A DNA stretch of 64,000 nucleotides. Origin: Eledone cirrhosa. Taxonomy: Eukaryota. Position 1 is the stretch's first letter. Every line of letters begins with the position of its first letter. The notes beneath the pieces were generated by a model. That model was not told the origin of the DNA. It did not search any database and worked only from the letters and a program-made list of their open reading frames with translations. Both the position numbers and the translations under genes were made by a program. This document shows, one piece after another, positions 1 to 13,827 of this stretch. The DNA is taken from assembly GCA_964016885.1 (NCBI GenBank), contig OZ024763.1, positions 30,566,001 through 30,630,000 of the forward strand. Direction: 5' to 3'.

Positions 1-14
1 ATATATATATATAT

Positions 15-63
<49 letters not shown>

Positions 64-812
64 CACACACGTTCATCCTCCCTCTCTTACATACACACAC
101 ACACATACTTTCTCTCTTATTACATCTAGTATATCTATTTCACTCTCTCTCTCTCCGGCTCTCTCGTATTACACGTGCACACACGATCTCCCCCTCTCTC
201 CTTACATCTAATACATCTACACACTCTCTCCGGCTCTCTCTCTCTCTCCACGTCGCTCTCTTATGACAAGCACGCACACATCATCTCCCCCTCTCTCATT
301 ACATCTACAGTCTCTCATTACAACTATTATATCTCCTACAAACTCTCGCTCCCTCTCTCTCCGTCCCCCTCTTATTACAAGCACACCATCTCCCCCTCTC
401 TCTCCTTACAACTATTACATCTACTACACTCTCCCACTAAAACTATTACATCTACCACACACTCTCTCATTACAACTATTAGATCTCCTACAAACTCTCT
501 CACCCTCTCTCTTAATGCAAGCACGCACGCCATCTTCCCTTCTCTCTGTCCATCTATTACATCTACTACACTTTCCCCCCTCTCTCATTACGTCTATTAC
601 ATCTACTACTCTCTCTCACTCACTCCCACTACTACTACCACCACCACCATAACAACATTACCCTTACATATATATATATATTATTCTTATTACTCTTTTT
701 TTTATTATTATTATTATCACTATACGCTATACCTTACCACCATCCATCATGTTTTAAGCACAAAATCCCTGTTGCGTATATTTTTTGACCAAATATTTCA
801 ATAAAAGATTAC

Positions 813-934
813 CTTGAGGTGTCCCGCTCATTGCCAGTTCACTTGAATAAAGGTTTGGTAGTGATTAAAGTAGTTAAAAATCAACGAATTCGTAAGAGCA
901 TTCAGCGTGTACAGACCACAACTACCGCCATTTT
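813..934 (-). CDS. Candidate first exon (5'UTR plus CDS 831-813, MSGTPQ+G) of an unidentified minus-strand gene continuing out of the window
   Basis: Unique sequence between low-complexity tracts. Minus strand reads ATG AGC GGG ACA CCT CAA G|gtaatc (good donor). YY1-like AAAATGGCGG about 100 nt upstream. Confidence 0.45.
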
Positions 935-947
935 ACACCAATGGCGG
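925..947. promoter_or_regulatory. Inverted pair of YY1-like motifs (CCGCCATT-N7-AATGGCGG)
   Basis: 8-bp perfect inverted repeat; each half matches the YY1/TSS-proximal ATGGCG core. Confidence 0.4.
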
Positions 948-1009
948 ATGAGAAGGGGAAATCAAGTCAGCACCAAAGATAATAAATATTTTGGTTTTTA
1001 CATACAACT

Positions 1010-3073
1010 CACTCTGTATAGCTTATCTGTCTTTCTCTCTTTATTTCTCCATCTCTCTCTCTTTATCTATTACTCTATCTAATCTTTGTTATTCTCTCTC
1101 CTCACTCTCTCTTTTTTTCTCTTTCACTACCTCACACTCTCTCCCTCTCCCCTCTCTCTTTCTATCTCTCTCCCCTCTCTTTCTCTCTCCCCCCTCTCTC
1201 TCTCTCCCTGTCTATCTTTCTCTTTCTCTCTCCCTTTCTCTTTCTCTCTCTCACTCTCACTCTTTCTCTCTCCCTTTCTCTTTCTCTCTCACTCTCACTC
1301 TTTCTCTTTTTCACTCTCTTTCTATCTCTTTGTGCATATATCTATCTATCTATGTTTCTCCTCTCTTTCTCTCTCTCTCTATAGCATATCTGTCTTTCTT
1401 TATTTCTCCATCTCTCTCTCTTTATCTATTACTCTATCTAATCTTTGTTATTCTCTCTCCTCACTCTCTCTCTCTCTTTCTCTTTCACTACCTCACACTC
1501 TCTCCCTCTCCCCTCTCTTTTTCTATCTCTCTCCCCTCTCTTTCTCTCTCTCTCCCCTCTCTCTCTCTCTCCCTGTCTATCTATCTCTTTCTCTCTCCCT
1601 TTCTCTTTCACTATCTCACACTCTCTCCCTCTCCCCCCTCTCTCCCCTCTCTTTCTCTCCCTGTCTATCTTTCTCTTTCTCTCTCCCTTCTCTTTCTCTC
1701 TCTCTCACTCTCACTCTTTCTCTTTTTCACTCTCTTTCTATCTCTTTGTGCATATCTCTATCTATCTATGTTTCTCCTCTCTTTCTCTCTCTCTCTATAG
1801 CATATCTGTCTTTCTTTATTTCTCCATATCTCTCTCTTTATCTATTACTCTATCTAATCTTTGTTATTCTCTCTCCTCACTCTCTCTCTCTTTCCTTCTC
1901 TCTTTCTCTTTCACTATCTCACACTCTCTCCCTCTCCCCTCTCTCTTTCTATCTCTCTCCCCTCTCTTTATCTATTACTCTATCTAATCTTTGTTCTTCT
2001 CTATCCCTCTCTCTCTCTTACTCTCTCTATATATCTCTCTTTCACTTTCTCTATAATTCTTCTTTCACTCTCTCTATATCTCTTTGTACATCTATCTATC
2101 TATCAACCTATCTTCCTCTCACTATCTCCCTCTCCCTCTTTATGTGCATCTATCTATCTATCTTTGTTGTTCCCTCTCTCTCACTCTCTCTCCTTCTCTC
2201 TCCCTCTCTTATCACTCTCTCTATATAATGCTTTGTGCATCTATCTATCTTTGTTCTTCCCTCTCTCCCCCTCTCTCTTATCACTCTCTCTATATAATGC
2301 TTTGTGCATCTATCTATCTGTTTATCTCCTCTCTCCCTCTTTCTATCTTTCACCCCCCCCCCTCTCTCTCTCACTCTCTCCCTCTCCTTCTCTCTGTGTC
2401 TGCATCTATCTATCTATCTATTTGAATTTATCTCCTCTCTTTTTCTCTCTCTCTCCCTCTCTCATTACGTGCATCTATCTATCTATTCCTCTCCCTCTCT
2501 CATTACGTGCATCTATCTATCTATCCCTCTCTTTCTCTCCCTCTCTCATTACGTGCATCTATCTATCTATCCCTCTCTCTCCCCCTCTCTTATTACGTGC
2601 ATCTATCTATCTATCTTTATTTGTCTCCTCTCTTTCTCTCCCCCTCCCTCTCTCGCTTTATATCTATCTATCTATCTATCTTTCTTCGTCTCTATCCCTC
2701 TTTCACTCTCACTTTCTCTTTCTCTCTCTTTATGTACATCTATCTATCTCCCTCTTTTTCTCTCTCTGTCTATTTGTCTCCTCTCTTTCTCTCTCTTTCT
2801 TTCTCTTTCTCTCTTTTTCACTTTCTCTTTAATCTCTCTTTCTTTCTCTCTCTCTATCTCTTTGTGCATCTAACTATCTATCTATTTCTCTCACTCACTC
2901 TCTCTTTCTCTTTCCCTCCCTCTCTCTCTCTATGTGCATCTCTCTCTCTCCATCTATATATCTTTATTGTTTTCTTCATTCCCTCTCTCTCTATCTATCT
3001 ATCTATCACTCTCTCTCTCTCTTTCACTCTTTCTCTCTCTATTTTTTTTTCTCATTCTCTTTATTTCCATCCA

Positions 3074-3147
<74 letters not shown>
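1010..3147. repeat. CT-rich low-complexity region with an internal ~360-415 bp triplication, ending in (CT)n
   Basis: Anchor TATAGC.TATCTGTCTTTC...TACTCTATCTAATCTTTGTT recurs near 1018, 1381 and 1797. Confidence 0.9.
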
Positions 3148-3148
<1 letters not shown>

Positions 3149-3439
3149 ATATATATATATATTTCCGTAGGAAAGGTACAAGAAAAGAGAGTGCTCTATG
3201 TAGGCTACAGAGCTTATTAGTTATGTAATAAACAACATAAGATAATTATTTCATTTACCAGTGGTTTCTTGTAGGCAGATATTTATATCAGTTGTCAGAA
3301 TGAATAAAAAAAATATTTTAAAAAAAAATATATATATATATATATGTATATATCCATCTATCCATTTATCTATCCATCTATTTATCTATCTATAGATATA
3401 TGCATATATATTTATATCCATTTATCTATCTACCTATCC

Positions 3440-3472
<33 letters not shown>

Positions 3473-3474
3473 TA

Positions 3475-4620
3475 CCAGGAAAGGAATGAACAGGGAGGTA
3501 GAAACCCCTATATTTATGTTCCAAATGCAAACTATGGGGACACAAGAGATGTAGTGAGATCTCAAGCAGGTTTAGTAAAGTACATAGATAGGTTTTTTTT
3601 TTTTACATGTGGTCGCTACAGAGAAGCAGTAAGCAGCGAGAGTTTACATGAAGCAACTGCTACCAAATGCTCAGAGAGTTCCGTAGTAGTTGACAGCTTC
3701 TGTTACCTGGGTGACCAAATTAGCAGCAGTGGAAGGACGAGGCAGTGTTCTGAAAATACAGCTGCCAGAGTGAGAAAGATGTGGAAAAAAAGTTCAAGGA
3801 GCTACTTCCACTGCTAACTACAAAAGGGTTTTTTTTTTTTTCCCTCTTCTCAAAATGAAAAGTAGATTGTGTATGAACAGCAATGTCATATGACAGTGAA
3901 ACCTGGGAACTCTCTACAGAGGACTTATGAAGGCTGGAAAGGAATTAAGCTTGCATGCTCCGATGGATGTGTAATGGTAGTGTGCATGAACGGAAAAGCA
4001 TTAATGAACTGAGAGAGAAACTGGGCATAAGATGGATCAGATGTGTTGTGTAAGAGAGCAGATTTTGGTGGTATGGATATGTGATGTGTATGATAGCCAC
4101 ATCAACAAACTGAGAGAGAAACTGGGCATAACAGGGATCAGATGTAGTGTGTAGGAGAGGAGATTGTGGTGATATGGACATGTGATGTGTATGGATGAAC
4201 TGAGAGAAACTGGACATAAAAGGGATCAGATGCAGTGTGCAGGAGAGGAGATTGTGGTGGTATGGACATGTGGTGTGTATGATAGCCACAACATCAACAA
4301 ACTGAGAGAGAAACTGGGCATAACAGAGATCAGATGTAGTGTGTAGGAGAGGAGATTGTAGTGATATGGACATGTGATGTGTATGGATGAACTGAGAGAA
4401 ACTGGACATAAAAGGGATCAGATGCAGTGTGCAGGAGAGGAGATTTTGGTGGTATGGACATGTGGTGTGTATGATAGCCACAACATCAACAAACTGAGAG
4501 AGAAACTGGGCATAAGATGGATCAGATGTTGTGTGTAGGAGAGGAGATTGTGGTGGTATGCACATGTGATGTTTATGAAGGATAACATCTGCATAAAAAG
4601 GTGCAGAGTGCTCAAAGTTA
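3475..4620 (+). mobile_element. Degraded RTE-clade LINE, RT C-terminal fragment with internal tandem duplications (~4005-4575)
   Basis: Translates to VVDSFCYLGDQIS and LREKLGIR..RC...ERRL.WYGHV-like segments, the latter repeated several times. Confidence 0.85.
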
Positions 4621-4852
4621 GAATAATGAAGGTTATTGTGTACAGTGCTCAGGTGCACTACAACTCATCAAATGTGCATGCATAATACATAGAATAATGG
4701 TTTCTGATTTAGGCACAAAGCCAACAATTAAATCGACCCCAGTGCATTACTGTTACTTTATTTTATTGACCCCGTAAGGATCAAAAGCAAAGCTAACCTT
4801 GGCGGGATTAGAACTTAGAACGTAAAAGGATGTAACTCTGTGCCACTACGAA

Positions 4853-5195
4853 CCATATTTCCCGGCGTCAAAGACACTACTTTTTTCCTAAAATAAGTCT
4901 CAAAAATCTACCATGCGTCTGAAGGGGGGTGGATTGGCAGTATCGGTAGAGGGTCGGTCGCCATGCTTTCCAGCATAGTTACGTCCCTTTACGATCTGAG
5001 TTCAAATCCCGCCAAGGTTGACTTTGCCTTTCATCCTTACGGGGTCGATAAAATAAAGTACCAGTAATGCACTGGGTAATTGCTGGCCTTGTGCCTAAAA
5101 GTAGAAACAATTATTTTTTTTCAAATTTTTGGTTGTCAAAATTAGGGTGCACCCTCAAGGACGAAGCGTCGCATCTTCGGCGCCAGGAAATATGG
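4853..5195. mobile_element. Tc2/pogo-like MITE (CC(G/A)TATTTCC.GGCG TIRs) interrupted by a SINE at ~4925-5115; related pieces at 7583-7670 and 7880-8047
   Basis: CCATATTTCCCGGCG ... CGCCAGGAAATATGG-TA terminal inverted repeats. Confidence 0.65.
4925..5115 (+). mobile_element. tRNA-derived SINE family A (Meta-domain-like central region); other copies near 4690-4845(-), 6594-6780(-), 15850-16012(+), 18996-19480(-, several), 19625-19740(+), 46850-46990(+), 58735-58930(-), 60304-60492(+), 63790-63975(-)
   Basis: A box TGGCAGTATCGG, B box GAGTTCAAATCC, central GCCTTTCATCCTTACGGGGTCGATAAAATAAAGTACCAG, ATT-type tail. The domain name is assigned from recall. Confidence 0.85.
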
Positions 5196-6044
5196 TATGC
5201 TGTCCAATGCTCCACCGATTTAACGTTCATTGCTATTGCCAAGTCCTGGATTTCAACACCAGAATCTCTGGAGATGAAATCGGGATAGGAGAGCCTGTGG
5301 CCTCTGTTATTAGTGACTGCTTGTGGGTTTCCAAAGCACTAATGGAGACACAGCCTCGTAGGTGGCACGGTGGCAGTGACCAGCAAATCTTACTCTCTTC
5401 TTATGTACAACGACAGAAATACCAACCGCGGAGTGGGGAGACCCAAGATGACCTGGGATGAGGTGATAAAAGCCGACCTTACCCAATTACACCTCTGGCG
5501 TCACGCAGTAATACAGAGTACCCGACCTCCCGTGGGTACAAGCTGAAGCATATAGACAATATGCCCCGACACCCCCCACCGCAAGGTGGTCGTGGAGGTG
5601 CCACGGCAAAAAAGCACCCAGCCCACACTGTAAAGTGGACGTGTAGGCGCCACGGCAAAAAAGCACCCAGCACTCACTGTAAATGAGGTTGGTGTTAGGA
5701 AGGGCATCCAGCTGTAGAAATCAAGCCAAAATCAGTTCCTGTATGAGCAAGGCATGGTCAGCCGACCAGACACTGCCCACAACAGGACAACCCGTCTAAC
5801 CCATGCTAGCGTGGAAGAACGGACGTAAAACGGTGATGATGATGATGATGATGATGAAACCCCACCCCCACCCCCACCCTCCAGAAACATGGAAAAAGCA
5901 ACCATGGAAGTCATACCAACAATGCTTCCACCTATGGGCTAAATAGGAGCTGTCAGTAGCTTTAAAATGGCCTGTGCAGTCCTGGTGACTCACACTTGTA
6001 TCCAACTACTGAAAAAAATGGACTATTCATTGATTTGCACCATA

Positions 6045-6595
6045 GAAATAGTTGACCTAATTAACAATGGAGGAGGGTGTTCCGGGAGGATGGTAGCTAA
6101 ACTAAGAACAGGATAGAAAATGTTCAAGGAGCTATTACCTCTGTTAACAATAAAAGGTTTCTTCTCTACAAGAAAAAAGTCAGTTGTGTTATGGCTGTCT
6201 GTTACATGGCCGTGAAACATGGGAAATGAAACATGAGAAGATATCTGAAAGCTGGGCAGAAATGAAGCAAGCATGATTTGATAAATGTGACATGGTTCAT
6301 TGCCTTTCATCACATGACCTGCAAGTTGAAAACACCTGGTGTGGATGGTGGGGCTTAATGAGGGGGAAGACACCTGACATACATGGTATGGACAATGGGC
6401 AAGAGGTCGTTATGACACCTGGTATGGATGGTATGGATAATGGACAGGAGGTTTATATGATATGACTTGAAAGATGATTGAAAATTGATTTTTGTGGGGG
6501 CTGGGGGTGGAGGACAAACTAGTGGAAGACCAAGGAAGACTTTGACAGAGATTGTGAGAGTTGATCTTAAAATGCTGACACTCACAGAGGAGATA
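6045..6595 (+). mobile_element. Degraded RTE LINE fragment
   Basis: GGCS...KLRTG.KMFKELLPLLT.KGF and GRPRKT..EIVR.DLK similarity to the copy at 39650. Confidence 0.7.
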
Positions 6596-8202
6596 ATTGT
6601 TTCTACTTTTGGCACAAGGCCAGCAATTACCCAGTGCATTACTGGTACTTTATTTCATCGACCCCATAAGGATGAAAGGCAAAGTTAACCTCGGCGGGAT
6701 TTGAACTCAGAATGGCAAGGGTCATAACTCTATGCATCAAAGCATGGCGTCCGACCCTCTACCGATACTGCCAATCCACAAAGGAGATAATGAAGGGTCG
6801 CAAGCAGTGGAGAGACTCCTCATCATCATCATCATCACCATTTAATATCCATTTTTCCACATTAGCATGGGTTGTTCTGTTTGAGGCAAATAGGACAACT
6901 CGTCTAACCCATGCTAGTGTGGAAATGGAGTATATATAGGAAAATATAAAAACTTCAGTAGAGGAAGACCAAAGAAGACCTGGGGTAGAAGCAGTGAGAG
7001 CTGGTCTTAAAAAGCTGAGACTCACAAAGGAGATGATAAAGAAATACAACAAATTGGAGGAGTTTGTACAGGAAAATATAGAAGCTGCAGTAGAGGGAGA
7101 CCAAGGAAGACCAGGGAAGGCCAGGGAAATCTAAAGAAGCCCTGTGACAGAGATGGTGAGAGCTGATCTTAAAATGCTGAAACTCATAGTAGGAGATGAT
7201 GAAGGAATGTAGCAACAAGTCGAGGAAAACTGTGCTGGAAAAGACCCATCCAACCCATGCATGCATGGAAAAACAGACATAAAAGGATGATAATGGTGAA
7301 AGTCTTATATCCTTAAGGAGAGCATTGGATTCAACAATTGAATTTACAATTGTGAGGTTGTAAGTTTAATTCCTGACCGGGTGATCCATTATGTCCTTGA
7401 GCAAGACACTTTATTTTATGTTACAACTACTGACAAGAGTTGCAACAGGTAAACAGTAGATAGTACCAGCATTAGAAAGACCAATGGGAACATTGTTTCC
7501 TTGGTCCAATCTCATAAGTTACACTCCACTTTGTAAGTGAATGACGTCTGGGATCTTGTCGATTGTTTAAAAATACAAAACATACCGTATTTCCTGGCGC
7601 TGAAGATGCTTTGTCCTTGAGGACGCAGCCTAATTTTGACAACCAAAAATTTGAAAAAAAATAATTCTGGTGTTGAAATCCAGGACTTGGCAATGGCAAT
7701 GAATGACAGACCTACATGGGGATCAATTGTTGAGTTGATTTCGGTTGAGGATGATGATGATTTCTATGGTGCCTTCTAAAAAAAAGTCTGTCTTGAGCCC
7801 AATGGCTCACCAGGCCAATGTTTATCCGAGTTTCCATGGCATTAAGAAGAAGAAGAATCGGTGGAGCATTGGACAACATACCATATTACCCAGTGCCAAA
7901 GACACTTCATTCTCGAAGATGCACCCTAATTTTGACAACCAAAAATTTGAAAAAAAAATAAACAACCTTCGGCCTCCAGGATACATGGTAGACATTTGAG
8001 ACTTATTTTAGGAAATAAGTAGTGTCTTCGATGCCGGGAAATATGTTATATTGTTTCCTAGATCACACAATTTAAGCCCCCCCCCCCCCCCCCTCTCCCA
8101 ACCTAAGTGTATAATCTACCTCTGTTCCTAGTGTTTGAACATACTGATCTATGTATGTATGTAACTCCCAAAGGAGTCGTTGGGCGCCATATTAATATAT
8201 GT

Positions 8203-8370
8203 GAAGGTGTATGGCTTAGTGGTTAGAGCATTGGGCTTGCAATTGAAAGGTTATCTGTTCAATTCTCGGACCGGGTGATGTGTTGTTTCCTTGAACAAGA
8301 CACTTTATTTCACGTTGCTCCAGTTTACTCAGCTGTAGAAATGAGATGATAGGACTGGGGCCTCTATCAT
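8203..8370 (+). mobile_element. CORE-type tRNA-derived SINE family B; near-identical longer copies at 56481-56870 and 60608-60948; variant at 31062-31382
   Basis: TGGCTTAGTGG A box, GTTCAATTC B box, CCTTGA(G/A)CAAGACACTT...CTCAGCTGTAGAAATG CORE-like domain. Longer copies end in an RTE-like tail plus (ATG)n. Confidence 0.85.
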
Positions 8371-9068
8371 TAAATCATCCAAGACACCTCCAACGAGATA
8401 TACCTAGGAGGAGACCAGCTAAACCTGCATAGGTGTGAGCTGTCACACACACACACACACACACACATACACACACACACACACATATTGATATATGGTG
8501 TTTCTAGGGCATTTCTTTTTAAACCTGGCAGAGCACATCTGCTCTTCAGATCTGAGTACAGCAGATTTCTTCAAGAGAACGACAAAAGGAGTGAGAGAAT
8601 GGAAGTGGAGAAGAGATATAGAGGAAGAATCGACCCCAGTACTAAACTGGTACTTTTCTTTATAAACCTCAAATGGATGAAAGGCAAAGTCAACTTCAGC
8701 GGGATTTGAACTCAGAGTTGCAGAGAGTCAAAACAAACACCGCAAAGCATTCTATCCGACGTTCTAACCACTCTGTCAATTTGCCACCATGCTAATCTGC
8801 ACACCTAGAAATTACTTTTGACAGTCAAAGGGAGGTAAGTCCCTGTTATTTAGAAGGTATCTAATTAGAAGAAGACATCCTAAGCAAATGAGGTCTGGGA
8901 TCTTGTGAAACATGAACAAATATTTGAAGCCATAAAAAGGATCAATCGACTTTCGTCAAATCGGACCAAGGAAACAATGTTTTCATCGGTCTTTCCAGTT
9001 GCTAGTACTATCTATTGGTCGCTACTCCAGGTAGAAGGAGCAACAGGAAATAAAGTGTCTTGCTCAAT

Positions 9069-9286
9069 TTAACCCATTAGCATTTAAACCGGCCAGAATT
9101 CTCTCACCTCTTTCTGTTTAAACTGGCTGAAACTGGCCTCTCATACTGATGTCAAGGCACTATTCTCAAAATAAATAATATCAAAATCTCATAAATTCGA
9201 AATTATGTGAAATATTATGTGAAATAAAGCTTTTACCATGAAAATACAGTAGTATATATAGAGTAATGTAAATGCTAAAGGGTTAA
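9069..9286 (+). mobile_element. piggyBac-type MITE (TTAA TSD, CCCTTTAGCATTTA TIR); copies 11102-11366, 11901-12129, 15077-15404(-, SINE nested), 33405-34445, 47209-47429(-); partials at 9516, 15494, 57875
   Basis: TTAA-CCC(A/T)TTAGCATTTA ... TAAATGCTAAAGGG-TTAA with a shared ~210-bp interior. Confidence 0.8.
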
Positions 9287-9959
9287 GCCATTCGTTACTA
9301 TATTTCTAATGAAGGCGAGTAGCTTAGTTGTTAGAGAATTGAATTCGCAATCTTAAAGTTGCAAGTTTGATTCACATTGCTTTTTCTGTCAGGAGTTGTG
9401 ACCAGTAGATAGTATCAGCAATGGAAAGACCAATGGAAACATTGTTTCCTTGGTCCGATATTTTAAGTTCCACCTCACTCAGTAAGCAAATGCAGTCTGG
9501 GATCTTGTCAATTGTTTAACCCTTTAGCATTTAAACCAGCTGTATCCAGCCAGAATTCTCTCACCTCTTTATGTTCAAACTGGCTGTAACTGGCTACTCA
9601 TACTGATGTTAAAGTATTGTTCTTAAAATAAATAATATAAAAATCTCATAGATTTGATATCATGTTGCTCTTTCTGCCAAGAGTTATGACCGGTAGTTAG
9701 TATCAGCAATAGAAAGACGAATGGAAACATTGTTTCCTTGGTCCGATTTGACAAGTTCCACCTCATTTGAAGTCTGGGATCTTGTCAATCATTCCACTTA
9801 CAATTAATTATAATGTCACAATACATAATTACATTATAGATAATCGGCTACTGATTAATTGGTATCAGCCAATAAAGCAAGACCGATTAATCGGTAATCA
9901 GCTTATTAGTGAATTCTCATCTTGAAACATAACTTGACACAAAGCCTTTATATTGAACT

Positions 9960-10268
9960 ATCATCATCATCATCATCATTTTACGTCTGCTTTTCCCTGC
10001 TTGTAAGGGTGGGACGGATCCTATTCAGCACAGCATCTCTCCACTTGTCATGGTTCTTCGTCATCTCCTCCGTGAGTTTCAGCGATCTGAGGTCATGTTT
10101 TTTGTGGTCTTCCCTCTACTGCGTCTTCCTTCTACTGGCATTTCTTGGCACTTCTTTACCCAGCGGTCATCCTCCATGCGCATCACATGTCCATAACAAC
10201 ACAGTTTTGTCTCCTGCACACTACAACTTATCTCTCTTATACACAGTTTCTCTCTCAACTCATCCATG
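9960..10268 (-). mobile_element. RTE LINE 3' end with (ATG)n tail; same family at 31422-31640(-), 35097-35265(-), 59725-60075(+)
   Basis: ORF fragment ELREKLCIREISCSVQE..YGHVMRMEDDRWVKKC; 3' UTR GCAAGCAGGGAAAAGCAGACGTAAAATGATGATG. Confidence 0.9.
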
Positions 10269-10277
10269 AACTATATA

Positions 10278-10620
10278 GAAAGATTTTAATTTAATGTTGT
10301 TTCAGAGAACAGAAAAGGTTATAGAAAGGTTTTATATGGGAAAATTTTCATTTAAATAGTAACCTTTTAAAATGGGTGGTTTTGTTTCACAAAACCAGAG
10401 CCGGTTTTGGGGTGGGTTGGTTGGTATCAAAGAGGTTAAGAAAAGGTCTTTATGATAAAAAGTACCTAGTCCACACTGTAATGTGGTTGGTGTTATGAAG
10501 GGCATCCAGCCATAGAAACCAAGCCAAAATACAGATCAGGGTTTCTGGACCTGACTTGTTTAATAACACGACAAGCCATCTAACCCATGCAAGCATTAGA
10601 AAAATATACGTTAAACCACT

Positions 10621-10676
<56 letters not shown>

Positions 10677-11551
10677 ATGTTTGAAGATTTTAATTTAAAT
10701 AGGAACCTTTAGAATGGATGGTTTTGTTTCAGGGAACCAGAGACAGCTTTAGGCAGTTCAGTATCAAAAGGCTTAACAAAATTTTCTTAATTCAAATTAA
10801 TTATTAATTATTTCTTTACTAAGCTAGTAAACCTAACTTATTGGTTCTCATATAATCATGTTGAAAGATTTTTATTTAAATTAGAACCCTTTAAAACGGG
10901 TGGCTTTGTTTCACAGAACCAGAGGTGGCTTTGGGTGAGTTTGTATCAAAAGAGTTAAGATGGAATTTGTAATAGAACTCTAAAAAATGTTCTCAAATAA
11001 AATTATGTGAAAAGATTTTAATTTAAATGGGGACCCTTTAAAATGAGTGGTTTTGTTCTACAGAACCAGAGCTGATTTTGGGTGGGTTGGTATCAAAAGG
11101 GTTAACCCTTTAGCATTTAAACCAGCCATATCCTCTCGTCTTTTTCTGTTTAAACTGGCCATAACCGACTGCTCATACTGATGTTAAGGTATTGTTCTCA
11201 AAATATATAATATCAGAATCTCATAGATTCGATATTATGTGAGATAATTATGTGAGATAAAGTGTTTACGGTGAAAATACAATAGTATATATAGAGTAAT
11301 CATCATCATCATCATCTTCGTTTAACGTCCATCTTCCACGCCAGCATGGGTATGCGAAAGGGTTAATGAAGAATTTTGAGGAATTTACTAAAATTATTAA
11401 TTATTTCATTACTATGATAGTAACTTAACATACAGTTCTTATATAAAACCATGTTGGAAGATTTTAATTTAAACAGGAACCCTTAAAAAGGGGTAGTTTT
11501 GTTTTATAGAACCAGAACTGGTTTTGGCTAGGTTGGTATGAAAAGGGTTAA
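10278..11551. repeat. Cluster of about five diverged copies of one terminus of a second piggyBac-like element (...GGTATCAAAAGGGTTAA)
   Basis: GAAAGATTTTAATTTAAAT..TGGTTTTGTTTCA.AGAACCAGAG..GGTATCAAAAGGGTTAA ends near 10439, 10777, 10958, 11105 and 11551. Confidence 0.6.
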
Positions 11552-12391
11552 CATCTGTCTACAGAATATTCTTCTATAGTTTTCTTAAGTCTCTAGAATA
11601 TTCCTACTAGTAACTGTGCCACCATTTTTTCCCCAAGCCCAGGGCCACATTAGCTTAGTGCTTATTCTGGTTTCATCAGCATTAAGCAACTGAGAATATT
11701 TGACATACCCCTGGAAATGATGCCAGTCCATCGCAAAGTTAAATCTCCAGCTATTGATGGTTTTCACTCTCAACTGAGTTTATTGGAGCAATGTAAAATG
11801 AAATGTTTTGCTCAAGAACACAACACAGAACCCAGTCCAGGAATTGAACCCACGACAACATGATTGTCAGGCCAACAACCTTACCATTAAGTCAAGCACC
11901 TTAACCATTTAGCATTCAAACCGGCCATATCCAGTCAGAATTCTCTCCCCTCTTTCTGTTCAAACCAGCTGTAGCTGGCCACTCATACTTATGTTAAGGT
12001 ATTGTTCACAAAATAAATGATATTGAATTCTCATAGATTCGATATTATCTGAGTTAATTATGCGAGGTAAAGCCTTTACCATGAAAACACAATAGTAAAT
12101 ATAGAGTAATGTAAATGCTAAAGGGTTAAAGTCTGCTGGTTTTCACTCTCAGCTGAGTTTACTGGAGCAATGTAAAATGAAATGTTTTGCTCAAGAACAC
12201 AACACACAACCCTGTCCAGGAATTGAACCCATGATATCATGATTGTCAGGCCAACAACCTTACCACTAAGTCAAGCACGTTAAAGCCTGGAGGCTCAAAA
12301 TGCTGGAGTTTATCCTGGTTTCCATGGCGTGAAGCAACTGAGAGTATAAGACCCGCCTCGCCCTGGACAGATCACCAGTCCATCTATCTAT

Positions 12392-12690
12392 CTAAGGCGG
12401 GTAAAATTCCCGAGATCCATGGACGAGTTCTCTCCAGCGGTCTCTGTCCCTCATTATCGCTGCCATATCCTGCATCTCCAACAGACCAGTGTCTGTCCTT
12501 AGGGCATCAACATATGTTAACCTTGGTCTTCCTCTTCCAGTGTGTCCATGTAGGGGCTCCCAAAGGAGCACTGAGTGCAATGTCAACTCTGGATGTCGGT
12601 GAGCATGTCCAGCCAACCTCAGTCTCCTCTGTGTCACTTTTGAGCTGACTTTTGGGATGCTCCCATACAGCTCTGAGTTTTTCATCCTCA
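12392..12690 (-). mobile_element. RTE-type LINE 3' fragment; second copy 30015-30272(-); related fragments 5200-5420(-) and 30540-31000(+)
   Basis: ORF ...QRRLRLAGHAHRHPE...LLWEPLHG...GRGRPRLTYVDAL...RDRWR. Confidence 0.85.
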
Positions 12691-13827
12691 GTGTATACTG
12701 ATTAATGCCCAGTCCATGGCAGAGTTAAACCCCAACTATTACTGGTACTCGTTTTCAGCTGAGTATTCTGGAGCAATCTGAAATGAAGTGGTTTGCTCAA
12801 GAATGCACGCATGTGTGTGTGTGTGTGTCTGTGTGTATATCATGAATCATACACTGTTCACTTTCCTGACATTTGTACATTATTCTATGTACTATACATG
12901 CACCTTTGATGAGTTGTAGTGCACCTGAGCACTGTACACGATAATTTTGTTATATAAAATAAGATGATATAAATAACAGAGTTTTCTCAATACTTTCCAG
13001 TTATCAATGTGTGAAATAAAACATTTCAAGCTTTGAACATTTTTTATTTATTTCCCTCTGATAAAATCATGTTCTCCGTACTGAAATGTCTCGTAAGTAG
13101 AATTATATTTAATTGTACAGTTATTTTAGATAACAAACATTTTTATACATAATTTCATTTGATTTTTATATATATATATATATATGTGTGTGTATGTGTG
13201 TGTGTGTATGTGTGTATTTGTGTGTGAATGTGTGTGTGTGCATGTGCGTGTGAGTGTATATGTGAGTGTGTGAGTGTGTGTGTATATATATGAGTGTGTG
13301 GGTGTGTGTGTGTGTATGTGAGTGTGCATATGTGAGTATTTGTGTGTATGCATATATTTTTTTTGAATGAGTGTGAGTGTGTGTGTGTGTGTGTGTGCAT
13401 GCATGACAATGTATGTGTGCGTGTACGTGTGCACACATGTCAATGCATGTGTGTATGTATGCATGTGTATATAACTGTGTGTGTGCACATTTCAATGTAT
13501 GTGTGTGTATATGTGTGTATGCATGACAATGTATGTGTGCATATGTGTGTGTGTGTATGTGCAGGTGTGTGTATGTGCATATGTGTGTATGCATATATAT
13601 ATATGTATGTGTGTGCAATATATGTGCACATGCACAAACACGTACAGCTTAGCAGAGACAGTGCAGATATATATGTCATACATAAAAACTATATAATATG
13701 GTAGTTATACTTTCTCTTGACAACAAGACAATATCACTCAATTAATGTACAGTAATGGTGCTACTAGTGAAAGTACAGGCTTGAGAGAGATTTCAACTAG
13801 CTTTAATGGTAGTACTAGTGAAAGTAC

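Noticed and set aside
175-3228. Long Ser/Leu-rich ORFs
   Set aside because: Translation of CT-rich low-complexity DNA.
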